Position numbers and translations under genes: made by a program. From NCBI GenBank assembly GCA_046543235.1, contig JBKGZT010000024.1, forward strand, positions 1 through 19,738: a stretch of DNA of 19,738 nt. Reading direction: 5' to 3'. The notes beneath the pieces were generated by a model, which ran no database searches, was not told where the DNA came from, and was given only the letters and a program-made list of their open reading frames with translations. How positions within the stretch are numbered: the first letter of the stretch is position 1; each line of letters begins with the position of its first letter. This document shows positions 8,467 through 16,737 of the stretch, one piece after another. The stretch comes from Candidatus Acetothermia bacterium. Lineage in GTDB: Bacteria > Bipolaricaulota > Bipolaricaulia > M55B111.

Positions 8467-9190
8467 CGATACTCGTTCCTCCCTCTCCACAGTGGATAGC
8501 AGCTACTCCCCCCAGTAAGTTCTCGTAACGCACGTTAATCAACCCGGATTCTTCTAAAATCTTCTTCAAGTCTTCCTGATCCGGGAACTTCCTGACTGAT
8601 TCCGTAAGGTAGCGGTAGGGCGCCGTGCTTCCGTGTATGACTCCACCGACCAGCGGCATAATGTAGTTGAAGTAAATAGAATAGAAGTGGCGAAATACCG
8701 GAACCGTCGGGCTAGAAAGTTCGAGGTTTACCACTTTTCCTCCTGGTTTCACTACTCGTTCCATTTCCGAAACTACGGATTCGATGCTTTCGACATTTCT
8801 CAATGTAAAAGCCGAAGTCACGAGGTCAAAGTAATTCGTGGGGAAATCCAGCGACTCTCCCCTACCCTCGATAAACCTGACCCTGGAGCTATACCGAGAG
8901 GGTAGACCCTCCCTGGCCCTTTCAATCATCTCCGGGGTAATATCTACCCCCACTATCTCTTCAACTGGAAGGTGATCAGCCATTAAACGGGTAAGTTGTC
9001 CCGTCCCGCATCCTATTTCCAGAACTCTCCCTCCTTCCGCCGTAGGAGCTTTTTCGACGAGCTCGTTTCTCCAGCGTCCGATCTGGCCAAACGATATCAC
9101 CGTGTTGACCCGGTCGTAATTCCGGGCAATATCGGTGAATATCTTTTTGACTCTTTCGTTCTTGCTTTCGTAGTCCCTGGTATGATTCAT
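8450..9190 (-). CDS. menG: Demethylmenaquinone methyltransferase (MenG/UbiE family)
   Basis: VKKIFTDIARNYDRVNTVISFG, SAM motif VLEIGCGTG, FTLRNV, RVVKPGG and YRYLTESVRKFP. Confidence 0.9.
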   Translation of the reverse strand: MNHTRDYESKNERVKKIFTDIARNYDRVNTVISFGQIGRWRNELVEKAPTAEGGRVLEIGCGTGQLTRLMADHLPVEEIVGVDITPEMIERAREGLPSRYSSRVRFIEGRGESLDFPTNYFDLVTSAFTLRNVESIESVVSEMERVVKPGGKVVNLELSSPTVPVFRHFYSIYFNYIMPLVGGVIHGSTAPYRYLTESVRKFPDQEDLKKILEESGLINVRYENLLGGVAAIHCGEGGTSIDDDDA

Positions 9191-9431
9191 TTGATGCGCT
9201 TAACTCGCCCTTGGTCGGTCCGGCTCCTGACGGTTTGTAGGTCGTTAAAAGAGTTGATGAATTTTACTGGAATACCGCCAATCGAACAAGAGAACGGTTC
9301 CGCCCCTGAAGCGGTCCATCTTTTCATTTCCGTTCCCCGCTTGAGTAATTCAGAAAATGAAACTACCATTAGCTGTTTAACTAAATATTTGGGAATTTCG
9401 CCCGTCTGCGCCAAAAAACCGGAGAAAAATA

Positions 9432-11138
9432 ATGGAGAACGACGTAACTTTTCTTCACCCCCCGAGCGTATTTGACTTCAGGGAGAGACCTATCCTCTGG
9501 GGACCGATTAACGATCTCGTCCCCTCCAAATCGGTCTTCGAGATGTATCCAATAGGGTTCGTCTCCATGGCGTCCACGCTGGAAAAAGAAGGATTCAGGA
9601 CCGACATAACCAACGTCGCGCTAAAAATGTTGAGGAGCCCTGATTTCGATCCAAAAGTATATTTACGAAAACTCGATTCCCGGATCTTCGCGATAGATCT
9701 CCACTGGCTCCCTCACGTCCACGGGGCAATTGAGCTAGCCAGGCTCTGTAAAGCAGTCCACCCGGATACGCCCATTCTGATGGGAGGACTCTCGGCTTCT
9801 TACTACCACGAGGAAATACTGGAAGAGATTCCGGAAGTGGATTTCGTGCTCCGGGGCGACTCGGTCGAAACTCCCCTCGTGAAGTTAGTGCGGGAATTTA
9901 ATGGCGGGCGAAACTACGAAGAAATTCCGAACCTGAGTTACAGAACGGATTCCGGCCCGAAGGTAAACCGGCTAAAGGCCGTACCGGCCGAGCTGGATTC
10001 CTTCTCCCTCGATTATGACTACGTTCTTCGGAGCCTGCTCAGGACGAAATCGTTAGATATTATGCCCTTCCAGGAATTCATTAAGAAGCCGATGATGACG
10101 GTCCTTACCCGGAAGGGATGCAACAGCAACTGCCCTGGCTGTGGCGGTTCTCGGTACTCCTACTCGGAGGTCTGCAACAGACGGAATGTCGCTTTTCGCT
10201 CCCCGAAGAAAGTTGTCGAGGATCTCAAAAATATATCCGATTACAAAACGCCTGCTTTTGTCATCGGAGATTTGAGTCACCCCGAACCGAACTACGGCCG
10301 TGAGATCTTCAGACTCCTGAGGGATGAAGATCTGGGTATTCCTGTCGTCTTCGAGTTCTTCAACCCCCCCAAAGAGGACTTCCTCAACGAACTGGGAAGC
10401 TCCGTGGAGAATTTTAGCATCGAGATGTCTCCCGAATCCGGAGTGGAAGAGGTCAGGCAGGGTGCCGGACGGGAATACGGCAATGAAGAACTGAGAAACG
10501 CGATAAAGTGGTCCTTCGAGTCCGGTTGCAAACAGTTCGATCTCTACTTCATGATAGGATTAAGCGGCCAATCGAGAAAGACCCTTTCGGATACCATGGA
10601 GTTCATCGACGACTTGCTGGGTAAAAACGAGGACGGAAACCTGATTCCCTTCATTTCGCCCTACAGCCCCTTCCTTGATCCCGGTTCACTTGCTTTCGAA
10701 TTTCCCGAGAAGTACGGCTTCACCAGATACGCCGAAAGCCTGATGGATCACTACAAGCTTCTGGATGAAGGTCTTACCTGGAAGGACTTCCTGAGCTACC
10801 GAACCGACGAACTGAGCCGGGAAGAGCTGGTAGACGTAACGTACGATTTCGCCGTCGAGCTCGCAGGGATCAAGGAAAGACATGGTATAATCACCCCCGA
10901 TAAGCTGGAAGAATTGAAGGAAAAGATTCATCTATCCAAAAGGATGATACGTCTCGCCGACGCAAAAGAGGATGGTTTGCTCGACGACGGCAGTGTAGAG
11001 GCCTCCCTGGTGGAACTCAAGGAAAGGCTCCTGATCGATCGTGACGAGCTCGACTGGTCCGACGGAATCACCGCTGAAAGGGTTTTCGCAGTAACGAGAA
11101 AAGTGCTGAAAAGCTTTTTCACCAGGGAAAGCGGTTGA
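9432..11138 (+). CDS. Cobalamin-binding radical SAM protein, resembling the Ta0216-type family (function unknown)
   Basis: N-terminal B12-binding-type domain (FLHPPSVFDFR...FEMYPIGF, IDLHWLPH, MGGLSASYY, DFVLRGD), CX3CX2C motif CNSNCPGC, SPESG and FMIGL. GGAG RBS 7 nt upstream. Confidence 0.85.
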   Translation: MENDVTFLHPPSVFDFRERPILWGPINDLVPSKSVFEMYPIGFVSMASTLEKEGFRTDITNVALKMLRSPDFDPKVYLRKLDSRIFAIDLHWLPHVHGAIELARLCKAVHPDTPILMGGLSASYYHEEILEEIPEVDFVLRGDSVETPLVKLVREFNGGRNYEEIPNLSYRTDSGPKVNRLKAVPAELDSFSLDYDYVLRSLLRTKSLDIMPFQEFIKKPMMTVLTRKGCNSNCPGCGGSRYSYSEVCNRRNVAFRSPKKVVEDLKNISDYKTPAFVIGDLSHPEPNYGREIFRLLRDEDLGIPVVFEFFNPPKEDFLNELGSSVENFSIEMSPESGVEEVRQGAGREYGNEELRNAIKWSFESGCKQFDLYFMIGLSGQSRKTLSDTMEFIDDLLGKNEDGNLIPFISPYSPFLDPGSLAFEFPEKYGFTRYAESLMDHYKLLDEGLTWKDFLSYRTDELSREELVDVTYDFAVELAGIKERHGIITPDKLEELKEKIHLSKRMIRLADAKEDGLLDDGSVEASLVELKERLLIDRDELDWSDGITAERVFAVTRKVLKSFFTRESG

Positions 11139-11182
11139 ACGGCGAGACCCGTTTAAATAAAGCACTTGGGGCTTTATCATAA

Positions 11183-11200
11183 TTGTGTGAACTATCACAA
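11183..11200. promoter_or_regulatory. Rex operator upstream of rex (autoregulation)
   Basis: 18-bp imperfect palindrome TTGTGTGAACTATCACAA versus the consensus TTGTGAA-N4-TTCACAA. It lies just after a CATAAT -10-like hexamer and before the rex RBS. Confidence 0.7.
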
Positions 11201-11215
11201 AGGGTGAAAAAGCTT

Positions 11216-11842
11216 TTGAGTAGACCGGAGTTCCCAAGAGAGACGATTAGAAGACTGCCACTCTACCTCAGGTGTCTCAACCGGCTGTTAATTCTGGGAG
11301 AAAAAACTCTTACCTCCAAGGAGCTTTCAGAATACCTGGGGGTAAAACCGGCCCAGTTAAGAAAGGACTTTTCATATTTCGGCGACTTCGGAACCCGGGG
11401 GGTCGGTTACGACCTGGAAAACCTCGTAAGCGAGATCAGGAGCATCCTGAGACTTGAAAAAGAATGGGAACTTGCCGTTGCCGGCATTGGAAACATCGGC
11501 GACTCCATTCTCGATCACCTTGAATTCAACCAACCTGGTTTCCGGATTACGGCGGCTTTTGACGAGGAACCCAAAATTATTGGCTCAACAGTTAGAGGAA
11601 TTAAAGTTCAAAACGTCTCGGAAATAGAAGAAGCTCTATCCGGAAATGAGATCCAGCTGGCCTTGCTCGCTGTATCTTCGGTCGAAGCCAGGAAGGTCGC
11701 TAACTCTCTTGTCAGCGCCGGAGTCAAGGGAATTATCAACCTCGCGCCGATATTCCTCAACCTGCCGGAAGAAATAGAAGTCGCGCAGATGGATCTATCC
11801 AGCGAGCTGGGACAGCTCGTTTACAACCTGAGAAAAAAATAA
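11216..11842 (+). CDS. rex: Redox-sensing transcriptional repressor Rex
   Basis: ETIRRLPLYLRCL, QLRKDFSYFGDFGTRGVGY winged helix, Rossmann motif AGIGNIG and GVKGIINLAP. Probable start is the TTG at 11216 behind AGGGTGA; the GTG at 11204 is an alternative. Confidence 0.93.
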   Translation: MSRPEFPRETIRRLPLYLRCLNRLLILGEKTLTSKELSEYLGVKPAQLRKDFSYFGDFGTRGVGYDLENLVSEIRSILRLEKEWELAVAGIGNIGDSILDHLEFNQPGFRITAAFDEEPKIIGSTVRGIKVQNVSEIEEALSGNEIQLALLAVSSVEARKVANSLVSAGVKGIINLAPIFLNLPEEIEVAQMDLSSELGQLVYNLRKK

Positions 11843-12145
11843 GCGAAGCACAATTTCTTCAACTCTACACGGAAACGTAATTACCGGTAAAAATCTTTTC
11901 CAAGTCTTCCCCGTCGTTATACTCCATTTAGTTACCCAAAAACCTCGGAGTATTTTTCCCGGAAAGTTCTTCTCAAACGTGTTGAAGACATTCTCCTTAC
12001 CTCCTGACGTATAACGTTCTGACTAATTTCATCTGGTTAATCCGGACTACGACAAGTTTGTCCGGCATTCAGATTACCTTTTTATATGGCAGATGCGAAA
12101 CATCCGGGACGTAAATATTTGCCGGAAACCCAACGCAACCAAAGC

Positions 12146-12173
12146 TTGACATGCGGGGAAGTTGCCTTATTAT
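12146..12173 (+). promoter_or_regulatory. Sigma-70 promoter of the chaperone-psrABC-rhodanese operon
   Basis: TTGACA (12146-12151), a 16-nt spacer and TATTAT (12168-12173). Confidence 0.7.
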
Positions 12174-12175
12174 AT

Positions 12176-12193
12176 ATGCGAAAGTTTTCACAA
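12176..12193. promoter_or_regulatory. Rex operator overlapping the predicted psr transcription start
   Basis: ATGCGAAAGTTTTCACAA matches 12 of 14 conserved positions of TTGTGAA-N4-TTCACAA and begins 2 nt after the -10 box. Confidence 0.75.
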
Positions 12194-12302
12194 CCTCTTA
12201 TATTTTCAAGGTTTATGTTTAAAAACTGCGTATATTCACCGGTGACACGCCACTATGACAAACGGAGAGAGCGCTAAAACAAAACAGATCTACGGGGATA
12301 CC

Positions 12303-12953
12303 ATGAAAAAAACAATCAAGGATTGGCGACCCGTCCTGTATAAATTGGCCGCAACCGGTTTCTCCTATCCCGGCCTCCCTCTTGCAGAATCCCTTACCTC
12401 CGGAAAGTTCCTTTTCGGTATGGAAAAGATCTCCAAAGGTTATCAGCTTGGACTCGGAGCCGAAATAAGAGAGGTCGAGAAAAACCTATCAACTGAAAAC
12501 CCCAAGGAACTTCTCGGAGTACTCGAAAGCGAGTACGTAAGGCTATTTCTGGCCGACGTAGGAGGGGCAAAGGTAAATCCCTTTGGCTCTCACTACCTAG
12601 ACGGCAGAGTCATGGGTAAAAGCGTTGATAAGGTCGTTAGAAAATTCGGCAGGGCCGGAATGGCCAAACGGGAGGGCTACCAGGGTCCGCCGGACGATAT
12701 TGCAGTCGAGCTCGAGTACTTGTTCAAGGTTACACAAATGGAGGACAAAAGCTCCCCTAAACACCTTTCCGAGCACGCCGACTTCTACGACGAACTACTC
12801 GGCCCGTGGCTGGGGGAGTTTACCGAGGCGGTAAAGAACGAAACCGACATGGAATTCTACGCGGTACTGGCGGACTGGGTTTGTAAGGGGCTGGAAGCCG
12901 ATCGAGAACTAATCGAAAACCTTCTCAAGGAAGGAAATATCCGTGGAGTTTGA
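12303..12953 (+). CDS. TorD/DmsD-family molybdoenzyme maturation chaperone
   Basis: EYVRLF, NPFGSHY, PPDDIAVELEYL, LGPWLGEF and FY..LA. It sits directly upstream of a Tat-exported molybdoenzyme. Start set at the ATG at 12303 behind GGGGA. Confidence 0.8.
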   Translation: MKKTIKDWRPVLYKLAATGFSYPGLPLAESLTSGKFLFGMEKISKGYQLGLGAEIREVEKNLSTENPKELLGVLESEYVRLFLADVGGAKVNPFGSHYLDGRVMGKSVDKVVRKFGRAGMAKREGYQGPPDDIAVELEYLFKVTQMEDKSSPKHLSEHADFYDELLGPWLGEFTEAVKNETDMEFYAVLADWVCKGLEADRELIENLLKEGNIRGV

Positions 12954-12991
12954 GAGGAAAATAACCACGATCAGGGGGTAACAAAGTCAAA

Positions 12992-15283
12992 ATGACCGAA
13001 TTCAACAGAAGAGATTTTCTCAAGCTTTCTGCCGCAACTGCCGGTGCTCTCGCCCTTCAGGGTACGGGGATTATGGAGGACCGAGAGGTCAGGGCCGCAC
13101 CCAACTACTGGTGGGAGGAAGAAACCTCCACCAAGTTCAGCTATTGCGACATGTGCTACTGGAACTGCGGAATAAAAGCGGAAGTAACCGACGGTCGAGT
13201 TGCGAAAATTTACGGCGACGAGAACGACCCGCTTAGCCAGGGCAATCTTTGCCCAAGGGGGCAGGCCGGAGTCCGACAGGTATACAACCCTGATAGGTTA
13301 AAGCAACCTATGATAAGTACCGGGGAGCGAGGAGAAAAAAAGTACAGAAAGGCGAGCTGGTCCGAAGCCCTCGACTACACGGCCGAGCAGCTCCACAAGG
13401 TCAGCGAAGACTGGGACGGCCCCGAGTCAATCGCCTGGCTGAATCACTGTACCAGCGGCTCCTGGTTTAGCCATATAGCCGCCGCCTGGGGAAGCCCGAA
13501 CACAGGCGGTCCCGCACATTCACTCTGCCTCGGCTCCCGTGAGATCGCTTCCCAGTTGACCTTCGGTTTACCGGTTGGCGAGCACATGCCGGTGGATTGG
13601 GAAAACACAAAATTTATTACCTTAATCGGAAACCATATCGGGGAAAACACTCACAATACTCTGATGAAGGATTTCATGAGTGCAGTAGACGGGGGTGCCG
13701 GACTTGCTGTGGTCGATCCCCGCTACTCTACCCCGGCAAGCAAGTCGGACTACTGGTTGCCGATCAAACCCGGTACGGACACGGCACTCCTACTTTCCTG
13801 GATAAACCTCTTGATCAGGGAAAACCGCTACGACAGGAACTACGTGGAAGAGTACGCGACCGGTTTCCAGGAACTGAAGAATCGGGTTCAGGATTACACG
13901 CCGGAATGGGCAGCTGAAATAACGGACCTCGAGCAGAGAAAGATAGAAGAGGTCGGAAGGGAAATGGCTCGTTACCGACCACACGCTGTCGTTCCTCCAA
14001 ACAGGAAGGCCTCCTGGTACGGCAACGATACTCAGAGATTGAGGGCACTTTTCATCCTCAACGCCCTGCTCGGCAACTACGGCCGTGAAGGTGGTTTCTA
14101 CTTTAGCTCGGAACCCTGGATTGAGGATTACTCCTTCCCCTCCATGAAACTCGACAACTCCGGAGGCGGCTGCGGCGGAGGCGGGGGCGCTCTCGGAGAA
14201 GATACTTTACCGGAAGACGTCAGGGATAGAGCTGATAGAAAGGGCGAGAAGTTCCTCTACGGCAGCCTGTCCGAGCCGGAGTTGATCGAAGCAATGGCCT
14301 CCGAGGATCCCTACCCGATAAAGGGGCTCGTCGTTACGGGGAATAATATATTCCACTCCGCCCCGAAAAAGGAGAGGACCAAGGAAGCCCTGAAAAACCT
14401 TGACTTTTACATGGCGATGGATATATTGCCTCAGGAACACGTGATGTGGGCTGACGTGGTGCTGCCGGAATCGACCTACCTGGAACGCTATAACGACTTA
14501 TTTATCGGCCATCATAAATCCACCCCCTTCATAAGTTTTAGAGAACCGGCAGTTGATCCTCTCTACAACACCAAGCCAGGCTGGTGGATAGCGAAGGAAC
14601 TGGGTGAGAGGCTCGGATTCGGGGAGTACTTCCCTTTTGACGATTTCGAGGAATACCTCAACGAAAGGCTCGATCCCCTCGACCTTTCCGTCGAGGACAT
14701 GAAGGAAAAAGGAAGGGCCAAACAACCCCAGTTAAGCCAGCCCTACCTGGAGGATTTCGAATCTCAAAATCAGGATCCACCTTTCGGGACGCCCAGCGGA
14801 AAAATCGAACTATACTCGGAGCGGCTCGAGGAGAACGACCTGGATCCCGTCCCCACCTATGAGGACCCGGAAGAGCCTCCGGATGGGTTTTTCAGGCTCC
14901 TGTACGGTCGTTCCCCGGTCCACTCGTTCTCGCGTACTCAGAACAACTCCTGGCTTTCCGAAGTCGATCCGGAAAACGAGGTCTGGATCAATTCCGAAGC
15001 CGCCGAGGAGTTGGGATTGGAAGGAGGAGAATACGTGGTACTGGAGAATCAGGACGGGAATAAGTCGAGGCCGATTAAAGTCAAGAAGACCGAGAGGATC
15101 CGTGACGACTGTGTTTACATGGTCCACGGTTTCGGACACGACACCCCGGAAATGGAGAGACAGGACGGTAAGGGGGCAAGCGACATTGAGATGCAGAGCG
15201 ATTACGCACTCGATCCCATCTCCGGATCGGTGGGAATGAACGTAAATTACGTCAGGGTAGCAGAGAGAGGAGGTATTTCCTGA
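12992..15283 (+). CDS. psrA: Polysulfide/thiosulfate reductase catalytic subunit (PsrA/PhsA-type bis-MGD oxidoreductase)
   Basis: Tat signal NRRDFLK, FS0 motif CDMCYWNC...LCPRG, Cys metal-ligand region HSLCLG, GNHIGENTHN, ADVVLPESTYLER, TPSGKIEL and a C-terminal MGD domain (GRSPVHSFSRT, VYMVHGFG). Confidence 0.88.
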   Translation: MTEFNRRDFLKLSAATAGALALQGTGIMEDREVRAAPNYWWEEETSTKFSYCDMCYWNCGIKAEVTDGRVAKIYGDENDPLSQGNLCPRGQAGVRQVYNPDRLKQPMISTGERGEKKYRKASWSEALDYTAEQLHKVSEDWDGPESIAWLNHCTSGSWFSHIAAAWGSPNTGGPAHSLCLGSREIASQLTFGLPVGEHMPVDWENTKFITLIGNHIGENTHNTLMKDFMSAVDGGAGLAVVDPRYSTPASKSDYWLPIKPGTDTALLLSWINLLIRENRYDRNYVEEYATGFQELKNRVQDYTPEWAAEITDLEQRKIEEVGREMARYRPHAVVPPNRKASWYGNDTQRLRALFILNALLGNYGREGGFYFSSEPWIEDYSFPSMKLDNSGGGCGGGGGALGEDTLPEDVRDRADRKGEKFLYGSLSEPELIEAMASEDPYPIKGLVVTGNNIFHSAPKKERTKEALKNLDFYMAMDILPQEHVMWADVVLPESTYLERYNDLFIGHHKSTPFISFREPAVDPLYNTKPGWWIAKELGERLGFGEYFPFDDFEEYLNERLDPLDLSVEDMKEKGRAKQPQLSQPYLEDFESQNQDPPFGTPSGKIELYSERLEENDLDPVPTYEDPEEPPDGFFRLLYGRSPVHSFSRTQNNSWLSEVDPENEVWINSEAAEELGLEGGEYVVLENQDGNKSRPIKVKKTERIRDDCVYMVHGFGHDTPEMERQDGKGASDIEMQSDYALDPISGSVGMNVNYVRVAERGGIS

Positions 15284-15846
15284 TGACCAGTTACGCGCTA
15301 GCAGTTGACTTGAAAAAGTGCGTGGGCTGTAAGGCCTGCGTGATTGCGTGCAAGGCAGAAAACGAGGTCCCCGATGGCGTATTTCGCCTGACTACCTACG
15401 AAGTCGAGAAGGGATCATTTCCCGAAGTCGATACGGAATTAAGACACGATCAATGCAGGCACTGTGAAACCGCACCCTGCGTTTCCGTCTGCCCCACAAA
15501 GGCCAGTTACACGGACGATGAAGGGTTTGTTCGAATTGATTACTCAAAGTGTATCGGGTGCAAGGCCTGCATGGTGGCCTGCCCTTACGATGCCCGCTTC
15601 ATCAACCCGGAAGGCGGCTACGCCGACAAATGTACTTACTGTATTCACAGGGTCAAGGAAGGTAAGGACCCCGCATGCGTCAATACCTGCCCGACCGGCG
15701 CGAGGGTCTTCGGGGACCTGGACGACCCAGACAGCGAGATAAGAAAGAGGATCCGGAACAACAGGGTGTCGGCACCCAAGGAGGAAGCGGGCACAAAGCC
15801 CAAATTCTATTACCTAAACAAAGAACTAGAGGAGGTGAAGACCTAA
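15283..15846 (+). CDS. psrB: Four-cluster Fe-S subunit (PsrB/NrfC type)
   Basis: CVGCKACVIAC, CRHCETAPCVSVCP, CIGCKACMVACP and KCTYC...PACVNTCP. TGATG overlap with psrA. Confidence 0.9.
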   Translation: MTSYALAVDLKKCVGCKACVIACKAENEVPDGVFRLTTYEVEKGSFPEVDTELRHDQCRHCETAPCVSVCPTKASYTDDEGFVRIDYSKCIGCKACMVACPYDARFINPEGGYADKCTYCIHRVKEGKDPACVNTCPTGARVFGDLDDPDSEIRKRIRNNRVSAPKEEAGTKPKFYYLNKELEEVKT

Positions 15847-16700
15847 TGGAAATTAGTGTCGCAAACGGCATACAGCATATCTGGGAGTGGCCGGTCGCTC
15901 TACATTTCGTCCTCTCCGCACTTGTCGGTGGCCTGATTGGAATTGCCGGCTTCTCCAGGTTGATAAACAGGGATCAAGCAGCCAGAGTCGCCACGTATAT
16001 TGCTTTCCCACTTCTGATAGTCGACCTACTGATTCTTTGGCTGGACTTAACCAGGGGTCTGCTTGCGTTCTGGTTGTTTCTCAGCTTTAGAGCAACGGCC
16101 GCCATCAGCTGGGGATCCTGGGCCCTGCTGCTGACTTCGCTCGTGAGCGTTATCTACCTGGCCGAATACTTAGGTTATCTAAAACTTCCCCGGGCCGCTG
16201 ACAACGTGATCAACTGGAGCGCCATGGGGCTGGCGATCGCAGTTACCACCTATACCGGAGCCATGCTCACTTCAAGTATGGCGGCAATGCCTCTCGCGAG
16301 TTCAATGCTGCTCGCTCCCCTCTTCTCTGTCTCCGCGATCGCGATGGCCGGCGGTTTGCTTGAACTGGTCAACGTGGAGCGAACGATTTCCGCCTGGGCT
16401 CTTACGATCGCTTCAGTCGCGTCCGCCGTTCTATTCGGTTTTTACGTGGGAGAGTTATACGGCGGGAACCTTTCGGTGCAGGAAGCCTACGCCCACCTGG
16501 TCGGAAACTACGGGCTGATATGGTGGCTAACAATCGGTATCGGCTTCGGCCTGCCGGCAGTGCTGGCGGTGGCCTGGATGACTTCCCAGACTCAAAGAAA
16601 AAAGCTCATCTGCTGTGTCACAAAGGCTGTTGCACTATTTTCACTATTTGGCGGAGCAGGTATTAGGTTTGTTCTTTTAATGGCCGGACAGGGCCATTAA
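15846..16700 (+). CDS. psrC: NrfD/PsrC-family quinol-oxidising membrane anchor
   Basis: Real start is the ATG at 15846 (TAATG overlap with psrB, GAGGAGG upstream). Motifs WEWPVALHF, LWLDL, SWGSW, TYTGAML and GIRFVLLMAGQ; about 8 TM helices. Confidence 0.85.
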   Translation: MEISVANGIQHIWEWPVALHFVLSALVGGLIGIAGFSRLINRDQAARVATYIAFPLLIVDLLILWLDLTRGLLAFWLFLSFRATAAISWGSWALLLTSLVSVIYLAEYLGYLKLPRAADNVINWSAMGLAIAVTTYTGAMLTSSMAAMPLASSMLLAPLFSVSAIAMAGGLLELVNVERTISAWALTIASVASAVLFGFYVGELYGGNLSVQEAYAHLVGNYGLIWWLTIGIGFGLPAVLAVAWMTSQTQRKKLICCVTKAVALFSLFGGAGIRFVLLMAGQGH

Positions 16701-16737
16701 GAAAATCAATCAAAGGCACATCTGGAGGTGTGCAGAC

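Noticed and set aside
9187-9414. 75-aa minus-strand ORF whose stop overlaps the menG ATG (ATGA)
   Set aside because: The overlap is suggestive, but the sequence has no recognisable features and fills the space needed for the divergent promoters. It cannot be supported without homology data.
11183-11215. ORF-track start of rex at TTG 11183
   Set aside because: It has no RBS and coincides with the Rex operator. The downstream TTG at 11216 has an SD-like sequence and gives a normal Rex N-terminus.
11843-12145. Moco/Wco riboswitch or other ncRNA upstream of psr; short palindromes TTACCGGTAA (11881-11890) and CCGGAC...GTCCGG (12042-12065)
   Set aside because: They lie upstream of the predicted promoter, the stems are short enough to arise by chance, and I see no recognisable riboswitch consensus. 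An Rfam scan would settle it.
12086-12277. 63-aa plus-strand ORF upstream of the chaperone
   Set aside because: It spans the predicted psr promoter and Rex operator and has no RBS or motifs.
12992-15283. Selenocysteine or programmed recoding in psrA or other redox genes
   Set aside because: The frames are continuous with no internal TGA, and the Gly-loop residue is encoded by TGC (Cys).
15675-15845. N-terminal 57-aa extension of PsrC in the ORF track
   Set aside because: It overlaps psrB in another frame. The ATG at 15846 has a strong RBS and a TAATG coupling.
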